64,000 nucleotides of DNA from Prochlorococcus sp. AG-679-M23. GTDB lineage: Bacteria > Cyanobacteriota > Cyanobacteriia > PCC-6307 > Cyanobiaceae. Under the pieces are notes generated by a model. That model did no database searches and was not told where the DNA came from. It was given only the letters and a program-made list of their open reading frames with translations. A program made the translations under genes and the position numbers. Position 1 is the first letter of the stretch; the number at the start of each line of letters is the position of its first letter. Shown here piece by piece: positions 35,704 through 46,209 of this stretch. Where the stretch lies: the NCBI GenBank assembly GCA_003208875.1, contig QCUR01000003.1, positions 1-64,000 on the forward strand, read 5' to 3'.

Positions 35704-37267
35704 TAATAAATTTGAGATCACTCATTAAAATAATTCCTGCACCATTAAAAATAGGTTTTGAAATTTCATTTTGCGACCAAGCTTTTTGAGATGAAATCCA
35801 TATTGGAATATAAGGTATTGATTCTGAAGCTATTTTCTCTATTTCGATTAATTTCGATAATCTTTCTTTACCGTTTAAATTTTCGCTATCAAGAAATAAA
35901 TCTTCTACTGTATTTGATCCCCAAAAACTTCCGCTGTAAACTGATTCTCCTTTTTTACAGTTTTTAACCTCTATTTCACTACAACTTAGAAGGGGGGTTA
36001 AATATGCCTCGGGATCAGAATAAGCACCTGTCCAATCAAGAATAACCGCTGTATATATTCCTAAATTTAGATTCTTATAAATAGTTGTAGACTCTACTCC
36101 GTTGAGTTTAATATTAATACATTCATTCAAAATATTTTTTATTTGTTCTTGCCAAGAAAGTGCAATAAGTTTATCAGCAGGTACGTTAGATCTATAAGTA
36201 AGAGGAAAATCCAAAACATTACCGTTACAGTAGCCTTCTTTTTGTAGTAAAACTTTTGCTTCTAATGGATCATATTTTGGCCATAATTCTTTCTTATTTT
36301 TTTTATAAATTGGTGGAACAAGTGATCTTGAGGGTTGCCTTAATCCATAACTAACCTTTTCGCTAATGAATTCCCTATTAAGACTTTTAGCTATAGCCAA
36401 CCTTACATTAAGATTATTTAAGGGATAAGAATTTGTTCTTAGACTAATAAAACTTATTTCTGTAGCAGGGCTCTTTCCTTCTTTAATTTCTTTGTTATTA
36501 CTTAATAAATTTAAATTATTTCTTTGAATATCATCGATTGAATTTGATAAAAGAACATCAATTTGTTTACTTTTTAAAGCTCCAAAAAGAGAAGAAGAGT
36601 TGGAATATCCAATAAAACTAATACCTTCATTATTAGGTTTATCACTCCAATAATTTAAATTTGGTTCAATTATTTGAATTTCATTTGAAAATCTCTTCAA
36701 TATATATTTACCTGTACCAACAAATTTATCATTTAAAAATTTATCAGAATAATCTTTATAATAAGTGGGTGAAATAGGTGTCAAATTTATAGATGTTAGT
36801 AAACCATTAACAGAGCTTGATGGTTTATTTAGATTAATGATTACCTTATATTTGCTTGGAGTTTCTATAGATTTTATTTTATTCCCCAAGATATAATTCA
36901 TTGTTCCGATTCTTTTAAATCTATCAAAAGAAAACTTTATAGCGTTTGAATTAAATAAAGTTCCATCATGAAAAAGAACATTTTTTTTAAGATTAATTAT
37001 TATTTGTAATTTATCTTTTGAAAAAATTGGCATTTCTGATGCTAATTCAGGAATCAATTCTCCTTCAGAATTTAATTCATATAAAGTATCACCAAGTGAA
37101 CTTAATAATTGCAGTGATTTAAGAGTGCTTGCCCTAGCAGGATCTAACGATTCAATTTTACCTGAACTTGCAACTATAATTCTTTTGGATTTATTATTAG
37201 AGACGCAAGAATATTGTGATAAAGAAATTAAAAAAACGAATAAAGCTATTAAAAAATTATTGTGCAT
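35696..37267 (-). CDS. peptide/nickel ABC transporter substrate-binding protein (family 5)
   Basis: SLDP, FHDGT, VGTGKY. Confidence 0.9.
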   Translation of the reverse strand: MHNNFLIALFVFLISLSQYSCVSNNKSKRIIVASSGKIESLDPARASTLKSLQLLSSLGDTLYELNSEGELIPELASEMPIFSKDKLQIIINLKKNVLFHDGTLFNSNAIKFSFDRFKRIGTMNYILGNKIKSIETPSKYKVIINLNKPSSSVNGLLTSINLTPISPTYYKDYSDKFLNDKFVGTGKYILKRFSNEIQIIEPNLNYWSDKPNNEGISFIGYSNSSSLFGALKSKQIDVLLSNSIDDIQRNNLNLLSNNKEIKEGKSPATEISFISLRTNSYPLNNLNVRLAIAKSLNREFISEKVSYGLRQPSRSLVPPIYKKNKKELWPKYDPLEAKVLLQKEGYCNGNVLDFPLTYRSNVPADKLIALSWQEQIKNILNECINIKLNGVESTTIYKNLNLGIYTAVILDWTGAYSDPEAYLTPLLSCSEIEVKNCKKGESVYSGSFWGSNTVEDLFLDSENLNGKERLSKLIEIEKIASESIPYIPIWISSQKAWSQNEISKPIFNGAGIILMSDLKFINE

Positions 37268-37288
37268 AACATTTGATTTTTCAGAAAT

Positions 37289-37549
37289 TTACTTTTCATT
37301 AAAAGTATCAGAGCAATAGGTTTGTAGTGTAATTTGATTAATTTCCAAGGAGAATGTCTTATTAACTTCCAAAGCGAAGGGCCACTCTCTTATCCAACAA
37401 ACTTTACTCTCTGGATTAATTCCTACAACCTGAAATGTCTTTTGACTATTTTTAATTTTCACACACGCCCCTTTATAGAGGTTTTTATAACTGTTATTAG
37501 GATTAAATTTAAAATTTTTTTTTATTTCTACTAATTTTGAAAAACTCAT
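37289..37549 (-). CDS. hypothetical protein
   Basis: FQVVGIN..CWIREWP. Confidence 0.7.
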   Translation of the reverse strand: MSFSKLVEIKKNFKFNPNNSYKNLYKGACVKIKNSQKTFQVVGINPESKVCWIREWPFALEVNKTFSLEINQITLQTYCSDTFNEK

Positions 37550-37612
37550 TACATAAATACATTTCCTCTCTTTGGTTTAGCAAGCTAAAGAGAGATATGC
37601 AAATGTTTTTTT

Positions 37613-38914
37613 TCAAATACAACTTAATTGGCTAGCAATTAATTCAACTTCAGAAAGTGCATTAATTTCCCTTTTTGATTTTTCAAATTTACCATTTGAG
37701 ACTTCGTGTGTGATAACAACTATTTCTGCTTTATTTTCACTTGCATCTAATTGGACAATTGATTCTATTGATACATCATTCTTACCAAAGAGATCTCCAA
37801 TCTTACCAATCACTCCTGGACTATCTAAACAAATAATTCTGAGATAATTCTTTTTTGATATTTGATTAGAATCAATGATATGACAGTCTCTCCAAAAATT
37901 AAAAGATAATAATGGATCAATGGATTTCGTATCCTTTGTTAATGAAGACTGAAGATTTAAAATATCAGAAACAACAGAAGCAGCGGTTGGTCCACTTCCC
38001 GCGCCTGGTCCGTACAACATTATTTCCCCTAGAGGATCAGCATCTATAAGGATGGCATTATTCACACCATCAACCGTTGCCAAAGGATGAGATTTGGGGA
38101 TTAAAGAAGGACCTACCCAAATATTTAGGGGAAGAGAATCATTAATGTTGATGGCATTTCTTTCAGAAAAGGCTAAAAGTTTTATTTCAAAACCTAGTTT
38201 ATTTGCATATTCAATATCTTTAATATCTATTTGATTTATACCCTCTGTACTAATTGAATCTCTATTGATTTCACCTCCAAATGCGAGTTCAGAAAGAATT
38301 GAAATCTTATCAGCCGCATCGTGTCCTTCAACATCAGCAGTTGGATCAAATTCTGCGAAACCAAGTTTCTGAGCTAATTGTAATGTTGCCTTATAATCAG
38401 CTTTTTCATTTGACATTTTTGTAAGTATAAAATTTGTTGTACCGTTTATAATCCCAACCATTTTATTTATTTGATTACTTTTAAGAGATCTTTTTAAAGG
38501 TTCAATTATTGGAATCCCTCCACATACTGCTGCTTCTGTTAAAACATAAACTCCATTCTTAGCGGCTGTGGAATATATTTCACTCCCAAATCTTGCAATT
38601 ACCGCTTTATTAGCTGTAACTACTGATTTTCGAGCCTTTAAAGATTTCAGAATAATATCTCTGGCTATATCAGTACCTCCCATTACTTCTACAATCACGT
38701 CAACATTTGGATCTTTAATTAGTTCATAAGGATCATTTATTAATAGATTATTCTCTAATTTAATGTCCCTTTTTTTATTGATATTTTTAACAGCTATTCC
38801 TACGATTTCTATATCTTTTAAAATTGGATGTAGGTCATTTGTCGATTTTAGGATTTCATAAATACCTTTTCCTACAGTTCCAAAACCAATAATTCCAATT
38901 TTACATTTTTGCAT
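37613..38914 (-). CDS. hom: homoserine dehydrogenase (with ACT domain)
   Basis: GFGTVG, VVTANK, EAAVCGGIP, GIINGTTN, GPGAG. Confidence 0.95.
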   Translation of the reverse strand: MQKCKIGIIGFGTVGKGIYEILKSTNDLHPILKDIEIVGIAVKNINKKRDIKLENNLLINDPYELIKDPNVDVIVEVMGGTDIARDIILKSLKARKSVVTANKAVIARFGSEIYSTAAKNGVYVLTEAAVCGGIPIIEPLKRSLKSNQINKMVGIINGTTNFILTKMSNEKADYKATLQLAQKLGFAEFDPTADVEGHDAADKISILSELAFGGEINRDSISTEGINQIDIKDIEYANKLGFEIKLLAFSERNAININDSLPLNIWVGPSLIPKSHPLATVDGVNNAILIDADPLGEIMLYGPGAGSGPTAASVVSDILNLQSSLTKDTKSIDPLLSFNFWRDCHIIDSNQISKKNYLRIICLDSPGVIGKIGDLFGKNDVSIESIVQLDASENKAEIVVITHEVSNGKFEKSKREINALSEVELIASQLSCI

Positions 38915-38949
38915 TAGTTATCTTTTATTGTAATTTCAATTTTATAATA

Positions 38950-39375
38950 TTATTTCGACAAAAAATCATTTGCCTGAGACTGCATTTTTAAGAGAATATT
39001 TAAAAAACCATTTGATCTTGATGGGGTTAGACTTGCCTTTAGACCAGTATCTTCTATAAATTTATTGTTTATGTTAACTACTTGTTTTGGCGTTAATTCA
39101 TTCATTCCATTGATGAGGAATGCAAGTAATCCCTTTGTTATCAAAGCATCAGAATAGCCTTCCCAATAAAGTTTACCTTCTTGAAAACTTGCTTTAACAA
39201 AGACTTCAGAAACACATCCTTGAACTTTATTTTCGGGAATTAAGATACTATTATTTGGTTCTTTCAATTTTTTACCCAACCATAAAATGAACTCATATTT
39301 TCTTTTGGGATCTTCTGCGTTTTTCAGTTTCTCAACTAATTTATGTAATTCAATATAAGTTTCTTTTTTTTCCAT
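38950..39375 (-). CDS. sufE: SufE family Fe-S assembly protein
   Basis: KVQGCVSEV, SDALITKG, LTPSRSNG. Confidence 0.92.
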   Translation of the reverse strand: MEKKETYIELHKLVEKLKNAEDPKRKYEFILWLGKKLKEPNNSILIPENKVQGCVSEVFVKASFQEGKLYWEGYSDALITKGLLAFLINGMNELTPKQVVNINNKFIEDTGLKASLTPSRSNGFLNILLKMQSQANDFLSK

Positions 39376-39412
39376 TGTTATAAAACTTTTAAATCACTAA
39401 ATTAGATATACA

Positions 39413-39970
39413 TTATACTAATATTTCTTTTTCCGTTATAAAACCTGATAGAGGGATATCCCAATCAGCTCTAGTCAAAAATTTATCGCTTACACAATTA
39501 GAGGTTAAGATACCAATACATGGAATAGATCTCCAATTTTTATCTTCCCTTAATTTATCAAAATATCCTCCACCGTATCCTAATCTTATTAAGTTTTTAT
39601 CAACGGAAAGACACGGAATAAACATCATACTAATTTTTTCATAACTTAATTTATTTGAAGAATAAGGAGCTGGTATCCCATGTAAATCTTTGGATAATTG
39701 TTTCTTATCCCATGCACAAAATAAGAGATTTTTGTTTTCTTCACATCTCGGCAAAGCTAATAAATATTCATGATCAAGACTTCTTAAATCAACTTCATTT
39801 TCAAGAGGCCAATAAATTCCTATATACTTTTTTTTTAAATCTTTTCTAAAAATTGAATCAACATATTTTTTTACATTGATTTCGACTTTTCTCATATCAA
39901 TAGCTGAACTTTTATTTCTCAAATTTCTAAAAAATTTTCTTTCGAAATTCTTTTTTTCTGAGATAATCAT
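39413..39970 (-). CDS. 5-formyltetrahydrofolate cyclo-ligase
   Basis: RLGYGGGYFD motif. Confidence 0.9.
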   Translation of the reverse strand: MIISEKKNFERKFFRNLRNKSSAIDMRKVEINVKKYVDSIFRKDLKKKYIGIYWPLENEVDLRSLDHEYLLALPRCEENKNLLFCAWDKKQLSKDLHGIPAPYSSNKLSYEKISMMFIPCLSVDKNLIRLGYGGGYFDKLREDKNWRSIPCIGILTSNCVSDKFLTRADWDIPLSGFITEKEILV

Positions 39971-39979
39971 AATTTATAT

Positions 39980-40453
39980 TTAATTAAATCCTTCTTCATT
40001 TAATTTTGTAAGGGCTATGGCTAATGCATCTGCAGAGTCATCAGGTTTTGGTGCACGGGTTAAATTTAGGTTATACATAACCGCTTCAATAACTTCCTTC
40101 TTAGATGCTTTGCCAGATCCTGCGATAGTAAGCTTGACTTGAGAAGGGGCGAACTCACTAACTTTAATGCTTTTGGAAGCAAATACCATCATAATAACTC
40201 CCCGAGCCTGAACAACACTAATGGTAGTGCTAGATCTATAAAAGAAAAATTTCTCTACCGCAGCAATATCAGGTTTCCACTGATCAATCAATGTATTGAG
40301 ATCATTAAAAATTTCATAAAGTCTATCTCCTTCCTCTTTATTTTTATTAGTTTCAATTACCCCACAATCAAGAAATATCTTCTTTTCATTTTGAATCTCA
40401 ATAATTCCATATCCAACTCTTCCTAATCCAGGATCAATTCCAATAATCCTCAC
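39980..40453 (-). CDS. ruvC: Holliday junction resolvase RuvC
   Basis: [29 protein letters not shown] start 40453. Confidence 0.95.
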   Translation of the reverse strand: MRIIGIDPGLGRVGYGIIEIQNEKKIFLDCGVIETNKNKEEGDRLYEIFNDLNTLIDQWKPDIAAVEKFFFYRSSTTISVVQARGVIMMVFASKSIKVSEFAPSQVKLTIAGSGKASKKEVIEAVMYNLNLTRAPKPDDSADALAIALTKLNEEGFN

Positions 40454-40457
40454 TTTA

Positions 40458-41546
40458 TTATTCTTGTGATGATAATTGAAATTTGGAAAGGTCTTCTTTT
40501 TCATTCAAATCAAATATTTTACAGAATGCTTGAATGACTCTTTCTCCTGAATCGACTTGCTCTAAGGGATCTTTTCTTAATCGATGCCTCAAAGAACATG
40601 TAATTACTCTAGCGATATCTTCTTCTTGCACTTCAGTTCTTCCCTCAAATGCAGCAATTGCCTTTGCAGATCGATTAGTTACAATATCACCTCTTAATCC
40701 ATCAACATCAAGTTCGCCACATACAGCAGATATATTTAATCTAAGATCATCATCCAATTGAACTGAATTTAATATCTCTTGAGCTTTGATAACTTTTTGC
40801 TGTAGGTCATCTTGCTGTTTCTCAACACTTATTGAGAATTCATCGGGATTATCATCAAATGAAGTTCGCTGATCAACAACTTTAACCCTTAATTCTGCAT
40901 CTCTTACTGTCTTAACCTCAACGCTCATACCAAACCTATCTAATAACTGGGGCCTAAGTTCTCCTTCTTCTGGATTGCCAGAGCCAATTAAAACAAATCT
41001 TGCAGGATGTCTAACTGAAACTCCCTCTCTCTCAACAGTATTCCATCCAGATGCGGCGGAATCTAAAAGAACATCAACTAAATGATCGTCGAGTAGATTA
41101 ACTTCGTCTACGTATAACAAGCCTCTATTAGCTTTTGCTAATAAGCCGGGTTCAAATGCCTTAATTCCTTCGCTTAAAGCCTTCTCTATATCAATAGTTC
41201 CGCACAATCTGTCTTCTGTTGCCCCCAATGGTAAATCAACCATTGGGACCTTTTTTTTATCTTTCTCCAAACTTTCTCCCTGTACAATTTTCTCTAAAAC
41301 TTCTTTACTCTGTAAATCAGGATCTATAAGTGAACTATTATATGGATCATCTTTAACAACATCTATAGCTGGTAACAAGTCTGCTAGAGCTCTTATAGTT
41401 GTAGATTTACCAGTTCCTCTGTCACCCATAATCATTACTCCTCCAATTCTTGGATCTATAACATTTAACAAAAGAGCTAATTTCATTTCTTCTTGACCAA
41501 TTACAGCAGTAAAAGGAAAAACTCTTCTTTTCTTTGTTGTATTCAC
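40458..41546 (-). CDS. chlI: magnesium chelatase ATPase subunit I
   Basis: [31 protein letters not shown]. Confidence 0.97.
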   Translation of the reverse strand: MNTTKKRRVFPFTAVIGQEEMKLALLLNVIDPRIGGVMIMGDRGTGKSTTIRALADLLPAIDVVKDDPYNSSLIDPDLQSKEVLEKIVQGESLEKDKKKVPMVDLPLGATEDRLCGTIDIEKALSEGIKAFEPGLLAKANRGLLYVDEVNLLDDHLVDVLLDSAASGWNTVEREGVSVRHPARFVLIGSGNPEEGELRPQLLDRFGMSVEVKTVRDAELRVKVVDQRTSFDDNPDEFSISVEKQQDDLQQKVIKAQEILNSVQLDDDLRLNISAVCGELDVDGLRGDIVTNRSAKAIAAFEGRTEVQEEDIARVITCSLRHRLRKDPLEQVDSGERVIQAFCKIFDLNEKEDLSKFQLSSQE

Positions 41547-41812
41547 AGCTTTAGTTTTTACTTTATTTTCGAATGATCAATAGATGATACTTCAGAAAAT
41601 GTTTTTAGTAAATATCCAAATTAAATTGAACGTTTTTGCTATATTTGATCTTATTTATGTACAAATTTATTTCTTAATCTAATTAAATTTTTTGGAGTCT
41701 ATTTTTTACCATATAATCTGACGTTTATAATATATTTGAGACTACATTCCTAAAAGAAGGGCTAAGTAAAAAAATATCAACTTTTCATGCATTTTTAATT
41801 AAATTTATAAAT

Positions 41813-42556
41813 TCACTTGCCTTTTGAATTATTTAAAAACCAGTTAATTTGGTGAACGATTCCTCTCAAGACATTAATATCATAACTTGACGTCTTTGCT
41901 TTTAATAAATATTTTTTGAATTTACTGATTTTTGAATTAGCTGTATGTTCCAAAAGATACCCAGTTTTAAGAAGCATTTCTTCTATTTCTTTAAAAGATT
42001 CATAAATTTGTTTTGATGATGCAAGGTCAAAAACTTGTAAATCTTTCTCTACATTATTTGTTAAAGATTTATTTAATTCATACAAGATTATTGAAACTGC
42101 ATGAGATAGGTTTAAAGAAGGATAGTTTTGAGAAGTTTTAATATTAAGAATCTTATGTGCAAAAAGTAATTCATTATTACTTAATCCTCTATCCTCTCTT
42201 CCAAATAAAATACCTAAATTATTAATCTCAAGAAAAGATGAAATCCATTCAGATATGTCCTCAGGAGATTCACATTCAATATCATTACTTAAATCAATCC
42301 TTCCACACGTAGCAATAACCAAATCACAATCAAAAATTGCATTCTCAATACTTTTAAAAATTTTACAATTATCAATATATCTATGTCCTTTAAGAGCCAT
42401 TTTTTTTGCATCTAAGGAAAAAATATCACATTTTGGAGAAACAATCCTTAATTCATTAACATCAAAATTAGAACATAATCTTGCGATACTTCCAACATTT
42501 AAAGGTCCATTTGGTTCGACCAATACAACATTCAAGTTAAGTCTTTTTTTCTTCAA
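41813..42556 (-). CDS. RNA methyltransferase TrmJ/LasT family
   Basis: VVLVEP..NVGSIAR, FGREDRGL, YPSLNLSHAV. Confidence 0.9.
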   Translation of the reverse strand: MKKKRLNLNVVLVEPNGPLNVGSIARLCSNFDVNELRIVSPKCDIFSLDAKKMALKGHRYIDNCKIFKSIENAIFDCDLVIATCGRIDLSNDIECESPEDISEWISSFLEINNLGILFGREDRGLSNNELLFAHKILNIKTSQNYPSLNLSHAVSIILYELNKSLTNNVEKDLQVFDLASSKQIYESFKEIEEMLLKTGYLLEHTANSKISKFKKYLLKAKTSSYDINVLRGIVHQINWFLNNSKGK

Positions 42557-42558
42557 GT

Positions 42559-42966
42559 TTATTGCAAGCTATGTAAATACGTTAATAAATTAGACATGTT
42601 TTGAGGATCAATTTCAAAACTTGGCATAGGAGGGGTAACTCCCTCAATTACTTGCTTTATGATTTCTGCATCATTTAAACGCAGGGTTATTGAATGTAAA
42701 TCTGGTCCAACTAATCCTCTCGCAGTAATACCATGGCATCCAACACAATTCATTTTAAAGAGAGTATCTCCTTCTTTAACTGAACCGTTGAGTTCAAGAG
42801 TTTTAAGAATATATGTATTATTTTCTTCATGATTAAAATAAAAGAAAGAGCCACTTATTAATAAAAAAACACAAACAATAAAAACCCGTTTCCAAATTTT
42901 CGTTTTCAAAGTTTTTTCTGATGCAGATGATGAAGATGTTGTCACAAAAAAATGTCTCTGTGTCAC
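42559..42966 (-). CDS. cytM: cytochrome cM
   Basis: CVGCH heme motif, GLVGPDL, TPPMP; adjacent to petG. Confidence 0.88.
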   Translation of the reverse strand: MTQRHFFVTTSSSSASEKTLKTKIWKRVFIVCVFLLISGSFFYFNHEENNTYILKTLELNGSVKEGDTLFKMNCVGCHGITARGLVGPDLHSITLRLNDAEIIKQVIEGVTPPMPSFEIDPQNMSNLLTYLHSLQ

Positions 42967-43000
42967 AATTGTGAATGAGAAATGAAAAAAATGCCAGAAA

Positions 43001-43120
43001 ATGATTGAACCTCTTTTATGTGGAATAGTTTTAGGATTAATTCCTATAACCCTTCTAGGATTATTTGTTAGCGCGTGGAATCAATATAGAAGAGGCTCAG
43101 GAATGTTAGATATGGATTAA
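43001..43120 (+). CDS. petG: cytochrome b6f subunit PetG (39 aa)
   Basis: Not in ORF track; [32 protein letters not shown]. Confidence 0.97.
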   Translation: MIEPLLCGIVLGLIPITLLGLFVSAWNQYRRGSGMLDMD

Positions 43121-43693
43121 AAAAGTCAATTTTGATTGACCATAAGTCCTAACATCAAAAATCTTCCAGAGAATATTCGCCTTAATATCCACATCTAATG
43201 AATGTTCGCAAATAACAATAGTGTCTTTCTTTATAAAATTACAATTAAAAATTTGATTTAAAACTAATTCATGGTAATTAGATCTATATGGGGGATCTAA
43301 ATAGATAAAGTCAAATTTTATTTTATTAAAATTATTTGAAGAAGAGATATTCCTCTCAGTATTTGGCTTAGTCCAAATTAATACATCTTTGCAAATAACT
43401 TCAATATCATTTTTTCGATTATCTATATTTTGCAATGAGTAAAGATTTTTTAAACATATTTTTGAATTGTTTTTATTTTTTTCAATTGCAACTATTTTTT
43501 TTGCTCCATGATTATAGGCTTCACAGGACACAGCACCTGTTCCACTAAATAAATCTAACCAATTAGAATTTTCGACAGTATTTTTCAAAATATTAAAAAT
43601 TGCTTCTCTAACCATTAAGGTTGTTGGCCTAGTATCAATATTTCTAGGGCTTTCAAGCTTTCGTCCTCCAATTAACCTCAAATTTGTTTTCAT
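43106..43693 (-). CDS. rsmD: 16S rRNA m2G966 methyltransferase
   Basis: [16 protein letters not shown]. Confidence 0.92.
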   Translation of the reverse strand: MKTNLRLIGGRKLESPRNIDTRPTTLMVREAIFNILKNTVENSNWLDLFSGTGAVSCEAYNHGAKKIVAIEKNKNNSKICLKNLYSLQNIDNRKNDIEVICKDVLIWTKPNTERNISSSNNFNKIKFDFIYLDPPYRSNYHELVLNQIFNCNFIKKDTIVICEHSLDVDIKANILWKIFDVRTYGQSKLTFLIHI

Positions 43694-43708
43694 ATATCAC
43701 AAATCAAA

Positions 43709-44326
43709 TTATTGAATACTTTTAACCCATCGACGTAAAAGTTTTTCACCAGTTTTCCCAGATTTTTCAGGATGAAATTGACAAGCCAGTAAATTATCTC
43801 GTTCTATCATTGCTGTTAATTTTTCAGAACCATAACTAACATTTGCAGTTACTAAATTAGTATTTGAGGGTACTGCATGATAAGAATGAACAAAATATAC
43901 CCAATTATTTAATTCATCCTCTTCTAATAAGCTATTAGTACTCGTTGGTATAAGTTCGCACCATCCAACATGAGGAGTTCTTTGATCGGATAATTCAGGG
44001 ATTTTTTTTATATGACCTTTTACTATTCCAAGTCCATTAGTTGAGCCTTCATCACTTGATTCAAAAAGCAGTTGCAATCCAAGACATATACCTAAAAATG
44101 ATTTCCCACTTTTAATCCAAATTTTAATATCACTTATTAAATCTTTATTTATAAGATTGTTAATTGCAGGGTCAAACGAACCAACTCCAGGAAGTATTAC
44201 AGCTTTACAGTCTTTTGTTTGATCTTTATTTTTAATTAAAATTATCTCTTGATCAAGACTTTCTAAGGCTTTTGTTACAGAATGAATATTACCCATCCCA
44301 TAATCTATGAGTCCTATTTTTGACAA
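43709..44326 (-). CDS. hisH: imidazole glycerol phosphate synthase glutaminase subunit
   Basis: DYGMGN, PGVG, GICLG, QFHPEKS. Confidence 0.96.
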   Translation of the reverse strand: MSKIGLIDYGMGNIHSVTKALESLDQEIILIKNKDQTKDCKAVILPGVGSFDPAINNLINKDLISDIKIWIKSGKSFLGICLGLQLLFESSDEGSTNGLGIVKGHIKKIPELSDQRTPHVGWCELIPTSTNSLLEEDELNNWVYFVHSYHAVPSNTNLVTANVSYGSEKLTAMIERDNLLACQFHPEKSGKTGEKLLRRWVKSIQ

Positions 44327-44335
44327 TACCTTATT

Positions 44336-44659
44336 TTATAAGTGTTTAGATAAGGTACTTGAAAGAGTCGCTTTTGGTACTGCTCCAACAACAGTGTCAA
44401 CTTTTTGACCACCTTTGAAGATCATTAAGGTCGGGATACTTCTGATTCCATATTGACTTGCAACATTTGGATTCTCATCTGTATTTAATTTAAATACTTT
44501 GATTTTACCTTCAAAGTCTTTCGATATCTCCTCTACAACTGGAGCGACCATCCTGCAAGGTCCGCACCATGGAGCCCAAAAATCAACTAAGACTGGCAGG
44601 TCACTTTGCAAAACTTCTTTGTCGAATGAAGAATCAGTTACGGCGGCGGCTGATGACAT
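44336..44659 (-). CDS. trxA: thioredoxin (m-type)
   Basis: WCGPC. Confidence 0.97.
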   Translation of the reverse strand: MSSAAAVTDSSFDKEVLQSDLPVLVDFWAPWCGPCRMVAPVVEEISKDFEGKIKVFKLNTDENPNVASQYGIRSIPTLMIFKGGQKVDTVVGAVPKATLSSTLSKHL

Positions 44660-44752
44660 AATTTAGATATTCCTTTAAGAAAATTTAGCAAGCTATTCTT
44701 TTAAGTGATGATTTCATTACAGATAAAAACATATAAGTAACAAAACAGACTT

Positions 44753-44809
44753 AAAAAAGCCCGATAAATCGGGCGATTTGGTGTGTGAGGAGTATGGGGT
44801 TTCCCCCAT
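44753..44809 (-). ncRNA. yfr1: Yfr1 sRNA
   Basis: AUGGGGGAAACCCCAU hairpin, ACUCCUCACAC motif, GCCCGAU/AUCGGGC terminator plus U-run; guaB-trxA location; TATGAT -10 at 44816-44821. Confidence 0.95.
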
Positions 44810-44866
44810 ATCTTAATCATAACTCTTAAAGAGAAAATTTTTCCATATAAAGAGATTAGATTTTTG

Positions 44867-46030
44867 TTATTTACCCATTCCAAGTCGTTGGGCTTTTTGA
44901 TAAACTTTCCCCTCTGTCAAGAGAGATGGTGCAATAACAATTTCTACTTTTTGCATTTCTTTGATATTTTTAGCTCCAAGAGTACTCATGGATGTCCTTA
45001 TAGCTCCTATTAAATTATGTGTCCCGTCATCAAGTAATGCCGGTCCTTTTATGATTCTTTCTAAAGAACCTGTAGAGCCTACCTCAATTCTTGTACCTCT
45101 TGGTAGAATTGGACTAGGAGTAGCCATTCCCCAATGAAATCCATTACCTGGAGCACTTGATGATTTAGCTATGGGGGAACCAATCATTACAGCATCAGCA
45201 CCACAAGCAAGGCATTTACAAATATCTCCACCAGTAATAATTCCTCCATCAGCAATTATGGGAACATAACGTCCAGTATCTTCAAAATAATCATCTCTTG
45301 CTGAACTGCAGTCAGATATTGCTGTTGCCTGAGGGATTCCGATGCCTAAAACCCCTCTAGAAGTACATGCAGCTCCAGGGCCAATTCCCACCATAAGAGC
45401 TGCTACGCCTGCTTTCATAAGTAGATCTGCGACTTGATAAGTTACACAGTTTCCTGCAACAACAGGAATTTTTAAAGATTTACAAAGACTTTTAATATTT
45501 AACGTCTCTTTTCCATCCATACCTAAATGCTCGGTTGATACTACTGTTCCCTGTAGAAAAAATAAATCTATTTTTGATTTGACAAGTGTTTCTTTAAATT
45601 TAATAGCAGCTTGAGGAGTTCCACTTAAAGCGGCTATCCCTCCTTTTTCTTTAATTTCATTAATTCTTTGAATTATCAGGTCTTCTTTTATAGGTTCACT
45701 GTATATTTTTTGCATTAAAGGAACGAATTCACTTTTCCCAACAGATGATATTTGACTCAATATTTCTTTTGGATTTTCATATCTAGTTTGAATACCTTCC
45801 ATATTAAGAACACCAAGAGCACCTAACTCTGAGAGTTCAACAGCTGTATCTACATCAACCACACTATCCATTGCACTCGCAATAATTGGAATTTCTCTTT
45901 TAACATTTCCAATTGACCAAGAAGGATCAGTTAAATCATAATCTAGAGTTCGAGTCCCGGGAACTAATGCTATTTCATCAATACCATAAGCTCTTCTAAC
46001 TTTTTTGTTTAAACCAATTTCAATATTCAC
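44867..46030 (-). CDS. guaB: IMP dehydrogenase-family protein (GuaB3 type)
   Basis: RRAYGIDEIALVPG, GIGPGAACTSR, IIADGG; GTG start 46030. Confidence 0.93.
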   Translation of the reverse strand: MNIEIGLNKKVRRAYGIDEIALVPGTRTLDYDLTDPSWSIGNVKREIPIIASAMDSVVDVDTAVELSELGALGVLNMEGIQTRYENPKEILSQISSVGKSEFVPLMQKIYSEPIKEDLIIQRINEIKEKGGIAALSGTPQAAIKFKETLVKSKIDLFFLQGTVVSTEHLGMDGKETLNIKSLCKSLKIPVVAGNCVTYQVADLLMKAGVAALMVGIGPGAACTSRGVLGIGIPQATAISDCSSARDDYFEDTGRYVPIIADGGIITGGDICKCLACGADAVMIGSPIAKSSSAPGNGFHWGMATPSPILPRGTRIEVGSTGSLERIIKGPALLDDGTHNLIGAIRTSMSTLGAKNIKEMQKVEIVIAPSLLTEGKVYQKAQRLGMGK

Positions 46031-46209
46031 GATTTTTTTATTTATTCTGATTAAATTAACAACTAAAGGTGTAATAAGCCAATGATTATTGAAAAACAAA
46101 AGAGTTTTTTTATTATTTGTGTATAAATGTGAGTGTTTGAAAATTAATTATTAGCTTTTTTTTATTCATTCTGACAATCAGGGATTATTATTAAGTAAAG
46201 GTCTTTTAT

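Noticed and set aside
40454..40504. ruvC N-terminal extension overlapping chlI
   Set aside because: GTG at 40453 gives the canonical (M)RIIGIDPG start with no overlap
43106..43120. Convergent petG/rsmD 3' overlap as a regulatory feature
   Set aside because: Short tail-to-tail overlaps are routine in this compact genome
44701..44883. 60-aa ORF between guaB and trxA
   Set aside because: Region is explained by the Yfr1 sRNA with its own promoter and terminator
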